DNA of 64,000 nt, taken from sequence record MT612989.1; one strand, given 5' to 3'. Below are positions 54,101-64,000 of this stretch, in pieces. Each line of letters opens with the position of its first letter. Position 1 is the first letter of the stretch. A program made the translations under genes and the position numbers. The notes below the pieces were generated by a model. It worked only from the letters and a program-made list of their open reading frames with translations, was not told the origin of the DNA and did no database searches.

Positions 54101-57100
54101 ATGTCATTAATTGCATGGTACCCTTTACATAAAGATCTTAAAGACTGGAGTGGTAATGAAAACCACTTGAGTCTTTATAACGATAGCGGTGCAATCGTAG
54201 ATAGTCAAGGTAAATTGGGTATGTGTCAAGAGCGCACAGTTTACAATACTACTGACCATCTACGAAGTGAGCGCAAAGTTAATCTAAACAAAGATTTCAC
54301 GTTGGCTGCGTGGATCAGACCAATGGGGAATTATCATCTTTCAACTGCGAATGGTGTAGTTACTCTGCATAGTCACTCAGATGATACGGGACCTGGGTTG
54401 ACGCTTAAATGTGATAGTGTCACTTCTGCTTTATTGAGTTGTAACACAGGCAATGGTACGTCTCGTACATATCACACGTACTACGGTACGACTAATATGC
54501 ACTTGAAATGGCATCACTGTGTTATGAGATATAATGACGGTGTTGTGACGCTGTGGGTTGATGGGGTAGTTGAGAGAACTTTCTCTTATGACATGGCATA
54601 TCAAGAAGACTATATCGCACTGTTTGCATGGTCTACTACATACCTAGGCGCGAGTAATTATCGCCCGACGTGTAAGTTGAATGACGTGCGTGTGTACGAT
54701 CACGCGCTTTCAACTGCTGAAATCAAAGAACTTGCTCGTGGTCTTCAGGTGCATTATACATTTGACGACCTAGAACCGGGATTTGAAAACCGTATTGTGA
54801 ATAGCTCATTGTTAGGTGCAGTTCCGTTTGACCCGTTAGTGCATACAAACATCGGCTGGGATCCCGATCTGCATAAAGACGCGCTAATCGTACCGGGATG
54901 GTCTAGTGGTTGGAATGGTGGTTCAGACCCTGATAATGATCGAATTCATGCACACTTTAAAGAATTTCAAGGTGAAACTGTCGGGTATGCGAATAACATA
55001 GATGGTGGCTGGCTTGGGTTAACACACACGACCCTTAATAATGAATTACTAGACCCTGGTTTAGAAACTGACCCAAATGGTTCGCCTAATGATCGTCGTA
55101 TCGGTCGTAAGATGATTTTATCACTTGACGTTTATACTGAAGACGTTGGTAGTGGTATTCCGTATTGGGATATCGGGTTATATAGACCTGTGATCGGCGG
55201 CAATCGTTCGTTTGCGAAGCGTATGTACGTAAGACCAACTCGCTCAAAAGCATGGGAACGAATTCAAGTTGAATTTGAGATTGACGATCAATGGGATTGG
55301 GATTCGACATCAAGTGCAACAATCTACTTTTACGGGCATTACGGGCCGACGGGACCAAAATACTTCAAGAATGTTCAGCTTGAATTGATGACTGACCGTG
55401 CAAATGATTACAAGGTATCAAATACTACGGGTCGTTTCGTCAACCCTGCTCAGTATGATCTACATGATGCATCTGGGTTCAAACATGATGCTGAATATCT
55501 GATTAACGGTGATGTCGAAGCTAGAAACTACAATTCGGTTTATTACTCTCATATGTCGATTAATAACACGAAACAATCAGTAGTTTATAACGTTTTTGAT
55601 GAAAGAGATATCAAACCATCTCCCGTAGGTCATACTGTATACTGGGCACCGGGTAGTGATGCTATTTGGTATAATGCTAGTGGTTACGATATGACTCAAG
55701 GCTCACCGGGAGCTTGGGTTGTTGATGGGTACGTTCCGCCAGAAGATAGCTTCACGTGGATGGCATGGATCAATAAACGCAATCAACGCGCACGAGATTC
55801 AGTTCTAGTGTCATGTGGCGATGGTTGGGATACAGCTAGTGGGTTTGAAATCGGCTATGGTTGGCGTGATTCGAACTATGCAGGTGTTGCGGGTGAGCGT
55901 GTTGCATCTGGCGGTGCTGCTGGATTTCCTGGGTCTGTTAATGAATGGAGTCATTGTGCTCTAGTGTTCGATGGTGAAACTGGTATCACTAAATGGTACG
56001 TAAATGGCGTTGTGACTAAAACTCATAGCGGAACGCCTCGTGACATCGGTTTAGGTGTTGGGTATCTTAAAGTTCTCAATACGGGAGTTTCACGAAACAC
56101 CACTGGTGATGCTTATTACGGTGGCGTTGCTGATTATAAGATTTACGCGAAAGCACTTGAACAATCCGAAATTCAAGAGTTAATGAACATCAAAACAAGC
56201 ATCGACAATAAAGGTCAGCTTAATAGCTCGCGTTTAGTCGAGGGTTGGGATGATTCTGCTGAAACTGAGATTCAAATCCGTTCGAGTTCTGAGTCATTTG
56301 ATGACGGTACAGCCACGTTCATTGATGGTGTTAAACAAGGAGCCATGTTATCAAGACGCGGGTTAAATTTCTGTATCTTTGATCATGGGATGAACTTGCG
56401 TGCATTTGGTAACCTCGACACATACGCAGGGACTGTAGTCTCTCAGTACTACGAGTTTGACGGTGACGTGTACATTTCTACGGGTTCTGAAGTTACTGAC
56501 GCACAAGACGCGCATAACTGGGTTAAGCACGCTATTGATAAGATGGAAGATGGTTGGTTATTGAGTATTGCTCGTTGTGATGCATCTTCAGCGCAAGATG
56601 GTACACTCGATGAGTATTTCAAAACGTACTTCAGTGCTGATTATGGTCCTAGTGAAATTATCACTCGCGGTACGTGGGCGTTGATTGGGTTTAAAAACGG
56701 TCAAAAGCTTCTCGAAGAAAAAGAAGGTCGTCGTTACAACGAACAAGGTGAACGTATTAACTACACTCGTACATCTTTCTTGCGCGGTAGTTTCAATAAA
56801 CCAAATGTTAATAAAGATGGTACAACGTATGCAGGTGTGTTTGATGAAGTCGGTAATACCGATTCACTATATGCATATCTTGATTTTACTGATGTTGAGC
56901 CGTTTACAGACAAATCGATGTCAAGAACGTCAATCACTCAATTCAATAACCCGTTGATTGATAAAGGTGGGTTATACACTGACGGTACATTAGCTGCTAA
57001 TGGCGGTGTACTGATTGACAATTCACTAGATGTTACCTTTAGTGATGCAGATTGGGATACGAGTGAGTTTACGATGACTGTTCTGTGTACTGCACTATCT

Positions 57101-57559
57101 GAGACTCAAGATACCGAAGCGTTGATAATGGCGAGTAGAGGTTTTCATACTGGTATCGTTGCAAATAACGGTCGATATGACGCTCGAATTTCAGTATCTG
57201 AGACATCGGGTGGTCGATGGTATACTCTTTCGGGTATCCCGCATACAGTGAACGAGATAACTGCTATATCACTCGTTAAAAAAGCGAAACAGTTTAGATT
57301 GTATGTGAATGGTTCATTACTAGATACCGCGACACTAGATGATGATTTCATCGAGTTTAAATCTGATCATGATATTACATTTGGGTATAACTCATCAACG
57401 AGTGAAGATTTTCGCTTTAATGGTGTGACGCATAAAGGCAAATTACATACAAAAGCACTGAGTGATATTGAAATCGAGCGCGAACACAAGTTGTTGCTTG
57501 AGGCTGCGAGTTTCAATAAAAATGGTGCAGTGTCTGTTGTGTCACTGAGTGAGTCATAA
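54101..57559 (+). CDS. Multi LamG/concanavalin-like tail-associated protein
   Basis: Three LamG-type segments (WHHCVMRY, WSHCALVFDG..WYVNG, RLYVNG) with DVRVYDHALS-type ends. Confidence 0.75.
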   Translation: MSLIAWYPLHKDLKDWSGNENHLSLYNDSGAIVDSQGKLGMCQERTVYNTTDHLRSERKVNLNKDFTLAAWIRPMGNYHLSTANGVVTLHSHSDDTGPGLTLKCDSVTSALLSCNTGNGTSRTYHTYYGTTNMHLKWHHCVMRYNDGVVTLWVDGVVERTFSYDMAYQEDYIALFAWSTTYLGASNYRPTCKLNDVRVYDHALSTAEIKELARGLQVHYTFDDLEPGFENRIVNSSLLGAVPFDPLVHTNIGWDPDLHKDALIVPGWSSGWNGGSDPDNDRIHAHFKEFQGETVGYANNIDGGWLGLTHTTLNNELLDPGLETDPNGSPNDRRIGRKMILSLDVYTEDVGSGIPYWDIGLYRPVIGGNRSFAKRMYVRPTRSKAWERIQVEFEIDDQWDWDSTSSATIYFYGHYGPTGPKYFKNVQLELMTDRANDYKVSNTTGRFVNPAQYDLHDASGFKHDAEYLINGDVEARNYNSVYYSHMSINNTKQSVVYNVFDERDIKPSPVGHTVYWAPGSDAIWYNASGYDMTQGSPGAWVVDGYVPPEDSFTWMAWINKRNQRARDSVLVSCGDGWDTASGFEIGYGWRDSNYAGVAGERVASGGAAGFPGSVNEWSHCALVFDGETGITKWYVNGVVTKTHSGTPRDIGLGVGYLKVLNTGVSRNTTGDAYYGGVADYKIYAKALEQSEIQELMNIKTSIDNKGQLNSSRLVEGWDDSAETEIQIRSSSESFDDGTATFIDGVKQGAMLSRRGLNFCIFDHGMNLRAFGNLDTYAGTVVSQYYEFDGDVYISTGSEVTDAQDAHNWVKHAIDKMEDGWLLSIARCDASSAQDGTLDEYFKTYFSADYGPSEIITRGTWALIGFKNGQKLLEEKEGRRYNEQGERINYTRTSFLRGSFNKPNVNKDGTTYAGVFDEVGNTDSLYAYLDFTDVEPFTDKSMSRTSITQFNNPLIDKGGLYTDGTLAANGGVLIDNSLDVTFSDADWDTSEFTMTVLCTALSETQDTEALIMASRGFHTGIVANNGRYDARISVSETSGGRWYTLSGIPHTVNEITAISLVKKAKQFRLYVNGSLLDTATLDDDFIEFKSDHDITFGYNSSTSEDFRFNGVTHKGKLHTKALSDIEIEREHKLLLEAASFNKNGAVSVVSLSES

Positions 57560-57589
57560 ATATTATAAAACAACTAATAGGAATATGAA

Positions 57590-59248
57590 ATGGCAAAATT
57601 AGGTCCTACTAACATTTTCGGTACGTTGAACGTATCGTCAATGGCACAGGTCGGGAGTCTAGTTGTTGATACTGAGCTTTTTGCGCAAAATACGCAAAAG
57701 GTGTTTCATGATGCCTATCACCCAAATGCAGATAAATGGACTACCGCTCGTACGTTGAATTTAAGCGGCGACGCGAGTGGTAGCGTCTCTTGGGATGGTA
57801 GCTCAGATGTTACATTAAACGTCACAGTAGCAGACGACTCACATACTCACGAAACGCAATATATTAGTAAAACACAACCGTATAACGATAATATTCTAAG
57901 CGGGTCAATTGGCGGCTCAGATGGCAAACCGTTACTACAAGTTAATGGGGCTTCTGCGTATCTAGGCTCGACTGGGCGTGCAGGGTTACAATTAGCAACA
58001 AGCACCAACCCTGAGTGGGTTGGTGGTGGTGGGGCATATAAACTTTTTAATGATGCCTATCACCCAAATGCTGATAAATGGACTAATGCACGAACATTGA
58101 CATTGAGTGGTGATTTAAGTGGCTCAGTATCTATTGATGGTAGTTCTAACGTAACGTTATCAGCTTCGGTTGCTAATGACTCACACACGCATACGTGGAT
58201 TGTTGTTGACGATACTCGCGATACACCGATTACACCTAATACGCTTGTGGCTCGATCAGTATCTGCACAGTTTACAAACTTAGACAGACCGGGCGGTTTT
58301 TCAGCTTGGTATTCTGCGTTATCTGTGAACGGCTGGGATTCTGGTTATCAAGCATGGCAATTACTTGGTGGTAGTAACAATTTTTCTGATAACGAGCTGT
58401 ATTTCCGTCGTGGCTTGACAACTTCTTGGAGTAGTACACAGCGCATTTTCATGGACGATTATCACCCAAATGCAGACCGATGGACAACTTCTCGTACGTT
58501 GACGCTGAACGGTGATGCAAGTGGTTCAGTTTCAATTAACGGTAGTTCGAACGTGACTTTAACCGTTACTGTTGCTAATGACTCACACACTCACGACGGG
58601 CGATATTACACAGAATCCGAATCGAATTCAAGATATGTGTATAAGTCTGGTGATACGATGACTGGCAATCTGACATTCAAGGCTGGTTCACATGCGGGTG
58701 CTGTTATTAAGGCATTAGATGGTGGAGCTAACGGGACGAACTTGATTTTTTCACCGGGTGGTAATCTAGTAATCGGTTCGGGTGAGTCAACTGCGGCAAA
58801 TGCAGTCTTATCGGGAAATACGGGAGAAGATTTGCACGCTGGGTCTGATGGTACAATATTCATGTATACTAATGCTCAAACATGGGGCAGCCGTAAAACG
58901 TATACACTATCAACTACTGGTGATTTTACAGCACCGGGTAATATCACTGCGTATTCTGATATAAGAATCAAAACTGATATTAAGCGCATTGTTAACCCAC
59001 TTGAAAAAATTGACAGTCTGAATGGTTATACGTATGAGCGTACTGACATTGACGGGCCTCGTCAAACTGGTGTGATTGCTCAAGAAGTTATTGAAGTTCT
59101 ACCAGAAGCAGTTGTCGAGCAAAACAACATGTATTCTGTTTCATACGGGAACATGGTTGGGTTGTTGATCGAAGGTATTAAAGAAGAGAAACGAAAACGC
59201 GAAGAACTTGAAAAACGTCTAGAAAGTCTAGAAAAACTACTTAAATAA
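57590..59248 (+). CDS. Tail fibre with C-terminal S74-type intramolecular chaperone
   Basis: Three YHPNAD(K/R)WT repeats; SDIRIKTDIK..LNGYTY..GVIAQEV..VSYGNMVGLLIEGIKE. Confidence 0.82.
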   Translation: MAKLGPTNIFGTLNVSSMAQVGSLVVDTELFAQNTQKVFHDAYHPNADKWTTARTLNLSGDASGSVSWDGSSDVTLNVTVADDSHTHETQYISKTQPYNDNILSGSIGGSDGKPLLQVNGASAYLGSTGRAGLQLATSTNPEWVGGGGAYKLFNDAYHPNADKWTNARTLTLSGDLSGSVSIDGSSNVTLSASVANDSHTHTWIVVDDTRDTPITPNTLVARSVSAQFTNLDRPGGFSAWYSALSVNGWDSGYQAWQLLGGSNNFSDNELYFRRGLTTSWSSTQRIFMDDYHPNADRWTTSRTLTLNGDASGSVSINGSSNVTLTVTVANDSHTHDGRYYTESESNSRYVYKSGDTMTGNLTFKAGSHAGAVIKALDGGANGTNLIFSPGGNLVIGSGESTAANAVLSGNTGEDLHAGSDGTIFMYTNAQTWGSRKTYTLSTTGDFTAPGNITAYSDIRIKTDIKRIVNPLEKIDSLNGYTYERTDIDGPRQTGVIAQEVIEVLPEAVVEQNNMYSVSYGNMVGLLIEGIKEEKRKREELEKRLESLEKLLK

Positions 59249-59249
59249 A

Positions 59250-59274
59250 AAAAGCTCCTACGGGAGCTTTTTTT
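59250..59274 (+). terminator. Terminator between fibre genes
   Basis: AAAAGCTCC TAC GGAGCTTTT then T tract. Confidence 0.8.
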
Positions 59275-59319
59275 ATACATGATAAATAAATGATAAAACG
59301 TACTCAATGAGAGAATAAC

Positions 59320-62300
59320 ATGGCAGAACTAAGATCAACTACCGCAATTGGTGGTAACATAGTTTGGCACGGAGGGAATCTTCGCTTTGACCCGCAAGGC
59401 GAGACAATTCGCTACCAAGGCCACAAAATTTATACAGAACATGATACACCACTACCAGGCGAATTAGGTAACGGTGGGACGACTTCTGCATTCACGAAAG
59501 CTGAATCTGATGGTCGTTTTGCTCCGATTGTTGCTGGCGGCTACGTGAAGAAAACCGGCGATACAATGTCAGGTAAATTGACAAACACGGCAAACGAAAT
59601 TGAGATCAACGGGGCATCGCCACGTCTGTTGTTGCGCGACAACGACAACTCGAAAAACTGGTACATTATGAACTCGACTGATAGTTTCAGTATTCGAGAA
59701 AATGATGTAGTCACTACTCGCTTCAGAATTGATGCTACTGCTGCCGACTTTTCTGTTGATAGTATTGATATCAACATGAAAACAGCATTGCGTGGGTTTG
59801 ATGATTGGTTGAGAATCAATGATCAGAATGAGTTTACGTCTGGGGTTTATTACGGAAGCTCTCTATTACGTACAGACGGAACGTTGCAAATCGGCAACAA
59901 TGGTTCAACTCTGAGTGTAAACGGCTCTGCGTTCACGTATGAAGGTAATAACGTCTTCACTGAAGCATATCACCCAAATGCGGACAAATGGACATCTGCA
60001 CGCACTCTTACAACGACTCTAACGGGCGATGTAAGCGGTTCTGCGTCTATGACTATTGATGGATCGGCTAATGCGACCGTGACTGTTACAGCGACTGTAG
60101 CGAACGATTCACACACACATGACGGTAGGTACTACACTGAAGCTGAATCTGATGCGAGATTTGCAAATGTTACAGGTGATACATTTACTGGAAACGTTGC
60201 GATCAGCAAAGCAGGTGCGCGTTTAAGCTTCAACGAGACTCTATATGCAACCGAAAACTCAGGTATTAACTGGATTACGGGTGCGAATCAGAATCTGGAA
60301 TTGATTCATGAGATTAGTGATGTTGACATCAACACTGATGGTGGTAACGGTCAAGCATTGATCATTCGTGAGAATGGTTCAACTGCATCGGTCGCAGGAC
60401 TTGAAGTACAAGGTGAGATCTTCGCGAAAGTAAACCAACGTGTATTCCACGATGCTTATCACCCAAATGCTGATAAATGGACTGCTGCTCGTACAATCAC
60501 ACTAGGTGGTGATCTAACAGGTTCAGTATCTATCGATGGTACTTCAAACGTTACGTTGAATGCATCTGTTCCGTCACTATCAAACTACCCGACATTTGCT
60601 GAAGTTGGTATACGCGCAGATCAGCCGAATTACTTAGCAACTGGTCGAACAATGTCAGGTGTTGATACTACAGTTGATTGGGATACGTTGACACAAGGTG
60701 GTTTCTACTACAAGTTATCACAAGGTACAAATAGACCAAGTGGCTTTACTGGTTACTGGTATGTTCAGAACATGACATATGGTTCAACTTCGAATACTAC
60801 TCAAGTTGCATACCCTTACGGTCTAGCTGGAAATGTCGGTACAATGGCGATGCGTACTCGTTATAGTGAAGTATGGGAAGACTGGGTATACATGTACCAT
60901 ACAGATTACCACCCATATGCAGACAAATGGACAACTGCACGTTCATTATCTCTTGGTAATGAATTGAGTGGTTCGGTGTCTATTGATGGTAGTTCGAATG
61001 TTACTCTAAACGCATCGGTTGATCATATCGACAACGTATTGAACATCAATCGCGTTGGCGAATCTAACCCGTCTATTTGGTTTAACAACGACACGGGTGA
61101 AACTCGCGGTAACATCTACTGGAATCGTATTGACGGTTCATTGCAGTTTCGTTTGAATGGCTCTGATGGAACTACTGCTCAAAACATCATGTCAATGTAC
61201 TCAGACCGTACAGTGTTTACAGATGCTATTCATACAAGCACATTGTTAAATGATGCAAACACTGAGCAGGGATTGCTAATGTTCAGTGGCGGTACTACTC
61301 GCTTGGGTGGTAGTGGTGCAAGTGCTATGTATTTCTGTCCGCTTGGTGTTAATTCAAACGCGTCGAGTGATTTTGCAGCATCGCTCAACACGTCTGGTGT
61401 AATGTCATTGAATGCATCATCATCGACGCCGCTTTCTGTACATCGAGTTGAAGAGTCTTCAGTTCCGAACGTTAATATTCGATTCCAAGGAAAGAGTACT
61501 GACGGAAATGCACTAGGTGAGGCGTGGTATGCAGGTTCGTTCACTAACGGAGCAGGGTTTGGTATTGGTACAAATGCAGACTTATCCACAGCATCGAATC
61601 GATTGTTCGAAGTTGGTGGCGCGGGAGCAGTTGTGCGCAGAGAAGGTTCTGGTGCAACGAGTCTGACAGTTCAAGGTACTGACCCGTTCTTGTTGTTTGA
61701 CCAAACAGATATTGGTAAATCTGGTTACATTGGGATGGACGGCTCGGGTGTTGATTCACTTTATGTTCGTACCCCGGACGATTCTACAAGACGCAGTATT
61801 TACCATGAATCGAATAAACCAACTGCGAATGATGTAGTCAATAACGTAATCAGTCTAACTGGTTTAGATGCTACTAAGTTCTATCCAGTTGTTTTTGATG
61901 CAAACAATACTGCTGGTTATACGTGTGAATTTACACTGTCTGTTGGTTCAGGACAAGGCAGCTCACCATATAACAACAACACGTTAACAGGTGTTGCACG
62001 TGGCGGCGGTTGGTCAGATCACAATGCATATTATGACTTGATTATGCAGAAGTATGTTGATTCAGAAACAAACATACATTCAATATGGGAAGGGACTCAG
62101 GGATTCACGGGTGTTGTTATCTACGTTCGTGGGGGTCAGAGTATAAATCTGCGTAGTAACTCTCGCGCTCAAGTGTATACTTCAGACTACTCATTCGGTG
62201 GGTCGGTGTTCCCTGCGGGAATCTCAAACCCATTGGGGGCTCCAACTAATGCTAATATGCTTGCATACTTCGATAGATCAGGACGATACACATCGTGGGC

Positions 62301-63333
62301 TGCGACGAATTTCAAACTAGATGGTGGTAAGTATAACATCTACACAGGTACGAATGATGCTGAATTGACATTAGATACCGACGCTAACGTTAATTCGATC
62401 TTTCGTATGACTGAAGATGCTGGGCATCATGGCGGTTATATTCAATATGAAGGCGGTGCAAACGAGTTTCGTTTAGGTACTCGTCAGTCAGATGTTGACA
62501 CTATTGCATTACGTGTATATCGCGGTTCTGCAAGTGTACATATCGGAAATGAGCTACTTTCCAAGGCTGTGGATATTGCGTTAGGTGGTCGTATTAAGTT
62601 CAATGGTAAACATGCGATTAGAGCTTATGATGCTCAGTGGCTGAGAATAAATGACGAAAGTGCATTTACTTCTGGAATTTATTGTGGTAATTCATTGCTA
62701 CGCACAGACGGTCAAATCACTTCAGGTTCTTGGTCTGGTTCAAATAAATCAGCTAGAGTTGCATCTAACTTTTACGATTCGACGTGGGCAGGTAACGGAA
62801 CTGCTGCATTTAGCGTAAACAACCCAGATACTGTGGGTGCTCACTGGGCATTTGCTTCTTATTACAACGGTAGTAATATTCGCTCGGGTATTCAGATTCT
62901 ATCGAACTCTGATGGTCGTATGCGATTCTATACTAACCGTCGTGCGAATTACGTTGAAGTGAGTAGTGGTAGCTTGACTGCTCAGGGTAACGTTACAGCT
63001 TACTCAGATGCACGTTTGAAAGAGAATGTCAAGGTTATTGACAATGCACTCAATAAAGTAGGTGAATTAAGCGGGTATACATATGATAAGCGCAAATCAT
63101 TAGACTCAGATGAGTTTACTCGTGAAACTGGTGTAATCGCGCAAGAAGTGCAAAAAGTGCTGCCAGAAGCTGTGATGGAAAGTGACGAAGATCATATTCT
63201 ATCAGTAGCGTATGGTAACATGAACGGTCTTTTGATTGAAGCTATTAAAGAGCTTAATGAGAAAGTCGATTCACTTCAGAACGAAGTACAAGAACTTAAA
63301 CGCCCATGGTGGAAGAAGTTGCTTCGTTTATAA
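59320..63333 (+). CDS. Long distal tail fibre, gp36-like N-terminus, S74-type chaperone
   Basis: 1337 aa; N-terminus shared with 52554 ORF; YHP.ADKWT repeats; SDARLKENVK chaperone. Confidence 0.85.
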   Translation: MAELRSTTAIGGNIVWHGGNLRFDPQGETIRYQGHKIYTEHDTPLPGELGNGGTTSAFTKAESDGRFAPIVAGGYVKKTGDTMSGKLTNTANEIEINGASPRLLLRDNDNSKNWYIMNSTDSFSIRENDVVTTRFRIDATAADFSVDSIDINMKTALRGFDDWLRINDQNEFTSGVYYGSSLLRTDGTLQIGNNGSTLSVNGSAFTYEGNNVFTEAYHPNADKWTSARTLTTTLTGDVSGSASMTIDGSANATVTVTATVANDSHTHDGRYYTEAESDARFANVTGDTFTGNVAISKAGARLSFNETLYATENSGINWITGANQNLELIHEISDVDINTDGGNGQALIIRENGSTASVAGLEVQGEIFAKVNQRVFHDAYHPNADKWTAARTITLGGDLTGSVSIDGTSNVTLNASVPSLSNYPTFAEVGIRADQPNYLATGRTMSGVDTTVDWDTLTQGGFYYKLSQGTNRPSGFTGYWYVQNMTYGSTSNTTQVAYPYGLAGNVGTMAMRTRYSEVWEDWVYMYHTDYHPYADKWTTARSLSLGNELSGSVSIDGSSNVTLNASVDHIDNVLNINRVGESNPSIWFNNDTGETRGNIYWNRIDGSLQFRLNGSDGTTAQNIMSMYSDRTVFTDAIHTSTLLNDANTEQGLLMFSGGTTRLGGSGASAMYFCPLGVNSNASSDFAASLNTSGVMSLNASSSTPLSVHRVEESSVPNVNIRFQGKSTDGNALGEAWYAGSFTNGAGFGIGTNADLSTASNRLFEVGGAGAVVRREGSGATSLTVQGTDPFLLFDQTDIGKSGYIGMDGSGVDSLYVRTPDDSTRRSIYHESNKPTANDVVNNVISLTGLDATKFYPVVFDANNTAGYTCEFTLSVGSGQGSSPYNNNTLTGVARGGGWSDHNAYYDLIMQKYVDSETNIHSIWEGTQGFTGVVIYVRGGQSINLRSNSRAQVYTSDYSFGGSVFPAGISNPLGAPTNANMLAYFDRSGRYTSWAATNFKLDGGKYNIYTGTNDAELTLDTDANVNSIFRMTEDAGHHGGYIQYEGGANEFRLGTRQSDVDTIALRVYRGSASVHIGNELLSKAVDIALGGRIKFNGKHAIRAYDAQWLRINDESAFTSGIYCGNSLLRTDGQITSGSWSGSNKSARVASNFYDSTWAGNGTAAFSVNNPDTVGAHWAFASYYNGSNIRSGIQILSNSDGRMRFYTNRRANYVEVSSGSLTAQGNVTAYSDARLKENVKVIDNALNKVGELSGYTYDKRKSLDSDEFTRETGVIAQEVQKVLPEAVMESDEDHILSVAYGNMNGLLIEAIKELNEKVDSLQNEVQELKRPWWKKLLRL

Positions 63334-63336
63334 ATA
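63329..63336 (+). promoter_or_regulatory. Late promoter TATAAATA
   Basis: Exact consensus upstream of 63383 ORF. Confidence 0.8.
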
Positions 63337-63382
63337 CACCTGACAGTCAGAGAATAAGACAACCAACATAGGAACCAATACT

Positions 63383-63958
63383 ATGAGCAAGATAGCACAA
63401 GTGTTATTAGCTATTATCGGTACTATTCTTATACCTCTGGCTATCACCTCAATGAGCGTGGCGACAAACTACGGCGGAATGCAGGAAGCATTACAAGTTG
63501 TACAAGAACAAGGAAAAACCGCTGTAGCTCAAAACGCGATGATCATGCAAGAAATAACTGACATCAAACTAACAAACGCGACACAAGCGCAACAGTTGAT
63601 TAGCTTAGAAGGGTCACAAGCCCTTTTGGTTAAGAAACAAGATGAAGTGCTTGTGAACTATGGTAGGCTTGAGAGCGAAGTAAGAGCATTAAGGAATACG
63701 TCTGAATTGGGCGACAAAAATCTAGTGAATTCAGTTAACAGTTTAAAAAACTCACAAACTGATATTTTATCTAAGATAGAAGGTACCCATTCACGTTATT
63801 CCAAGATTGAGACTGATTTAGCCAGAGTCGAGACATTAATAAACATTGATTCGTCTGACCGCTTTACTGGTAAAGACGGTGATATGCTTAACACTCGTAT
63901 TGATAATCTTGAAACTAAAGTTGACGAGATTGACAAACGAACTAAGAAAGTACAGTGA
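63383..63958 (+). CDS. N-terminal TM plus coiled-coil late protein, candidate lysis protein
   Basis: One N-terminal hydrophobic helix, heptad-rich remainder, late promoter, position after fibres. Confidence 0.55.
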   Translation: MSKIAQVLLAIIGTILIPLAITSMSVATNYGGMQEALQVVQEQGKTAVAQNAMIMQEITDIKLTNATQAQQLISLEGSQALLVKKQDEVLVNYGRLESEVRALRNTSELGDKNLVNSVNSLKNSQTDILSKIEGTHSRYSKIETDLARVETLINIDSSDRFTGKDGDMLNTRIDNLETKVDEIDKRTKKVQ

Positions 63959-63960
63959 CC

Positions 63961-63988
63961 AAAAAAAGGAGAGCATTTGCTCTCCTTT
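63961..63988. terminator. Hairpin terminator
   Basis: AAAGGAGAGC ATTT GCTCTCCTTT. Confidence 0.7.
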
Positions 63989-64000
63989 CGTTTATTCGTC

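Noticed and set aside
57590-63333. Fibre repeats as diversity-generating retroelement or invertase cassette
   Set aside because: No reverse transcriptase or recombinase in window, no adenine-specific variation, repeats are direct and in frame.

Overview
A 64-kb piece of a T4-like myophage genome. Gene order, gene 5 without lysozyme and the large tRNA cluster resemble KVP40-group (Schizotequatrovirus) Vibrio phages; host and taxon are inferred, not searched. 1-38.5 kb holds the late virion module: genes 20-13, wac, two gene-12 paralogues, 11-6, 25, 5.4, 5.1, 5, 53, 48, 4, 2, 54, 26, 51, 29, 3, then 1, 57A and 57B/Acb1, with an SPFH lipoprotein pair inserted. 38.7-48.3 kb is a cluster of 29 tRNAs (all 20 amino acids) mixed with small ORFs and many structured RNAs. 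49-52.5 kb encodes a cyclic-phosphate receiver-like protein, a Ro60/TROVE-vWA protein and a YkuK-type RNase H. 52.5-64 kb encodes tail fibres and a candidate lysis protein. Main result: one RNA motif (5-6 bp stem flanked by WG/AA, with CWGCA starting exactly 9 nt after the stem G) occurs 12 times. Five copies are inserts in the anticodon arms of tRNA-like RNAs, six sit in inter-tRNA RNAs with the stem opened (circularly permuted), and one sequesters the RBS and AUG of the Ro60-like gene. This suggests a phage Ro60 plus multi-Y-RNA system with autoregulation. Also notable: a twice-occurring covarying hairpin plus 6x9-bp array (origin-like), tandem covarying pseudoknots, a 240-nt tmRNA-shaped RNA, and chitin-binding-like modules in gp10.
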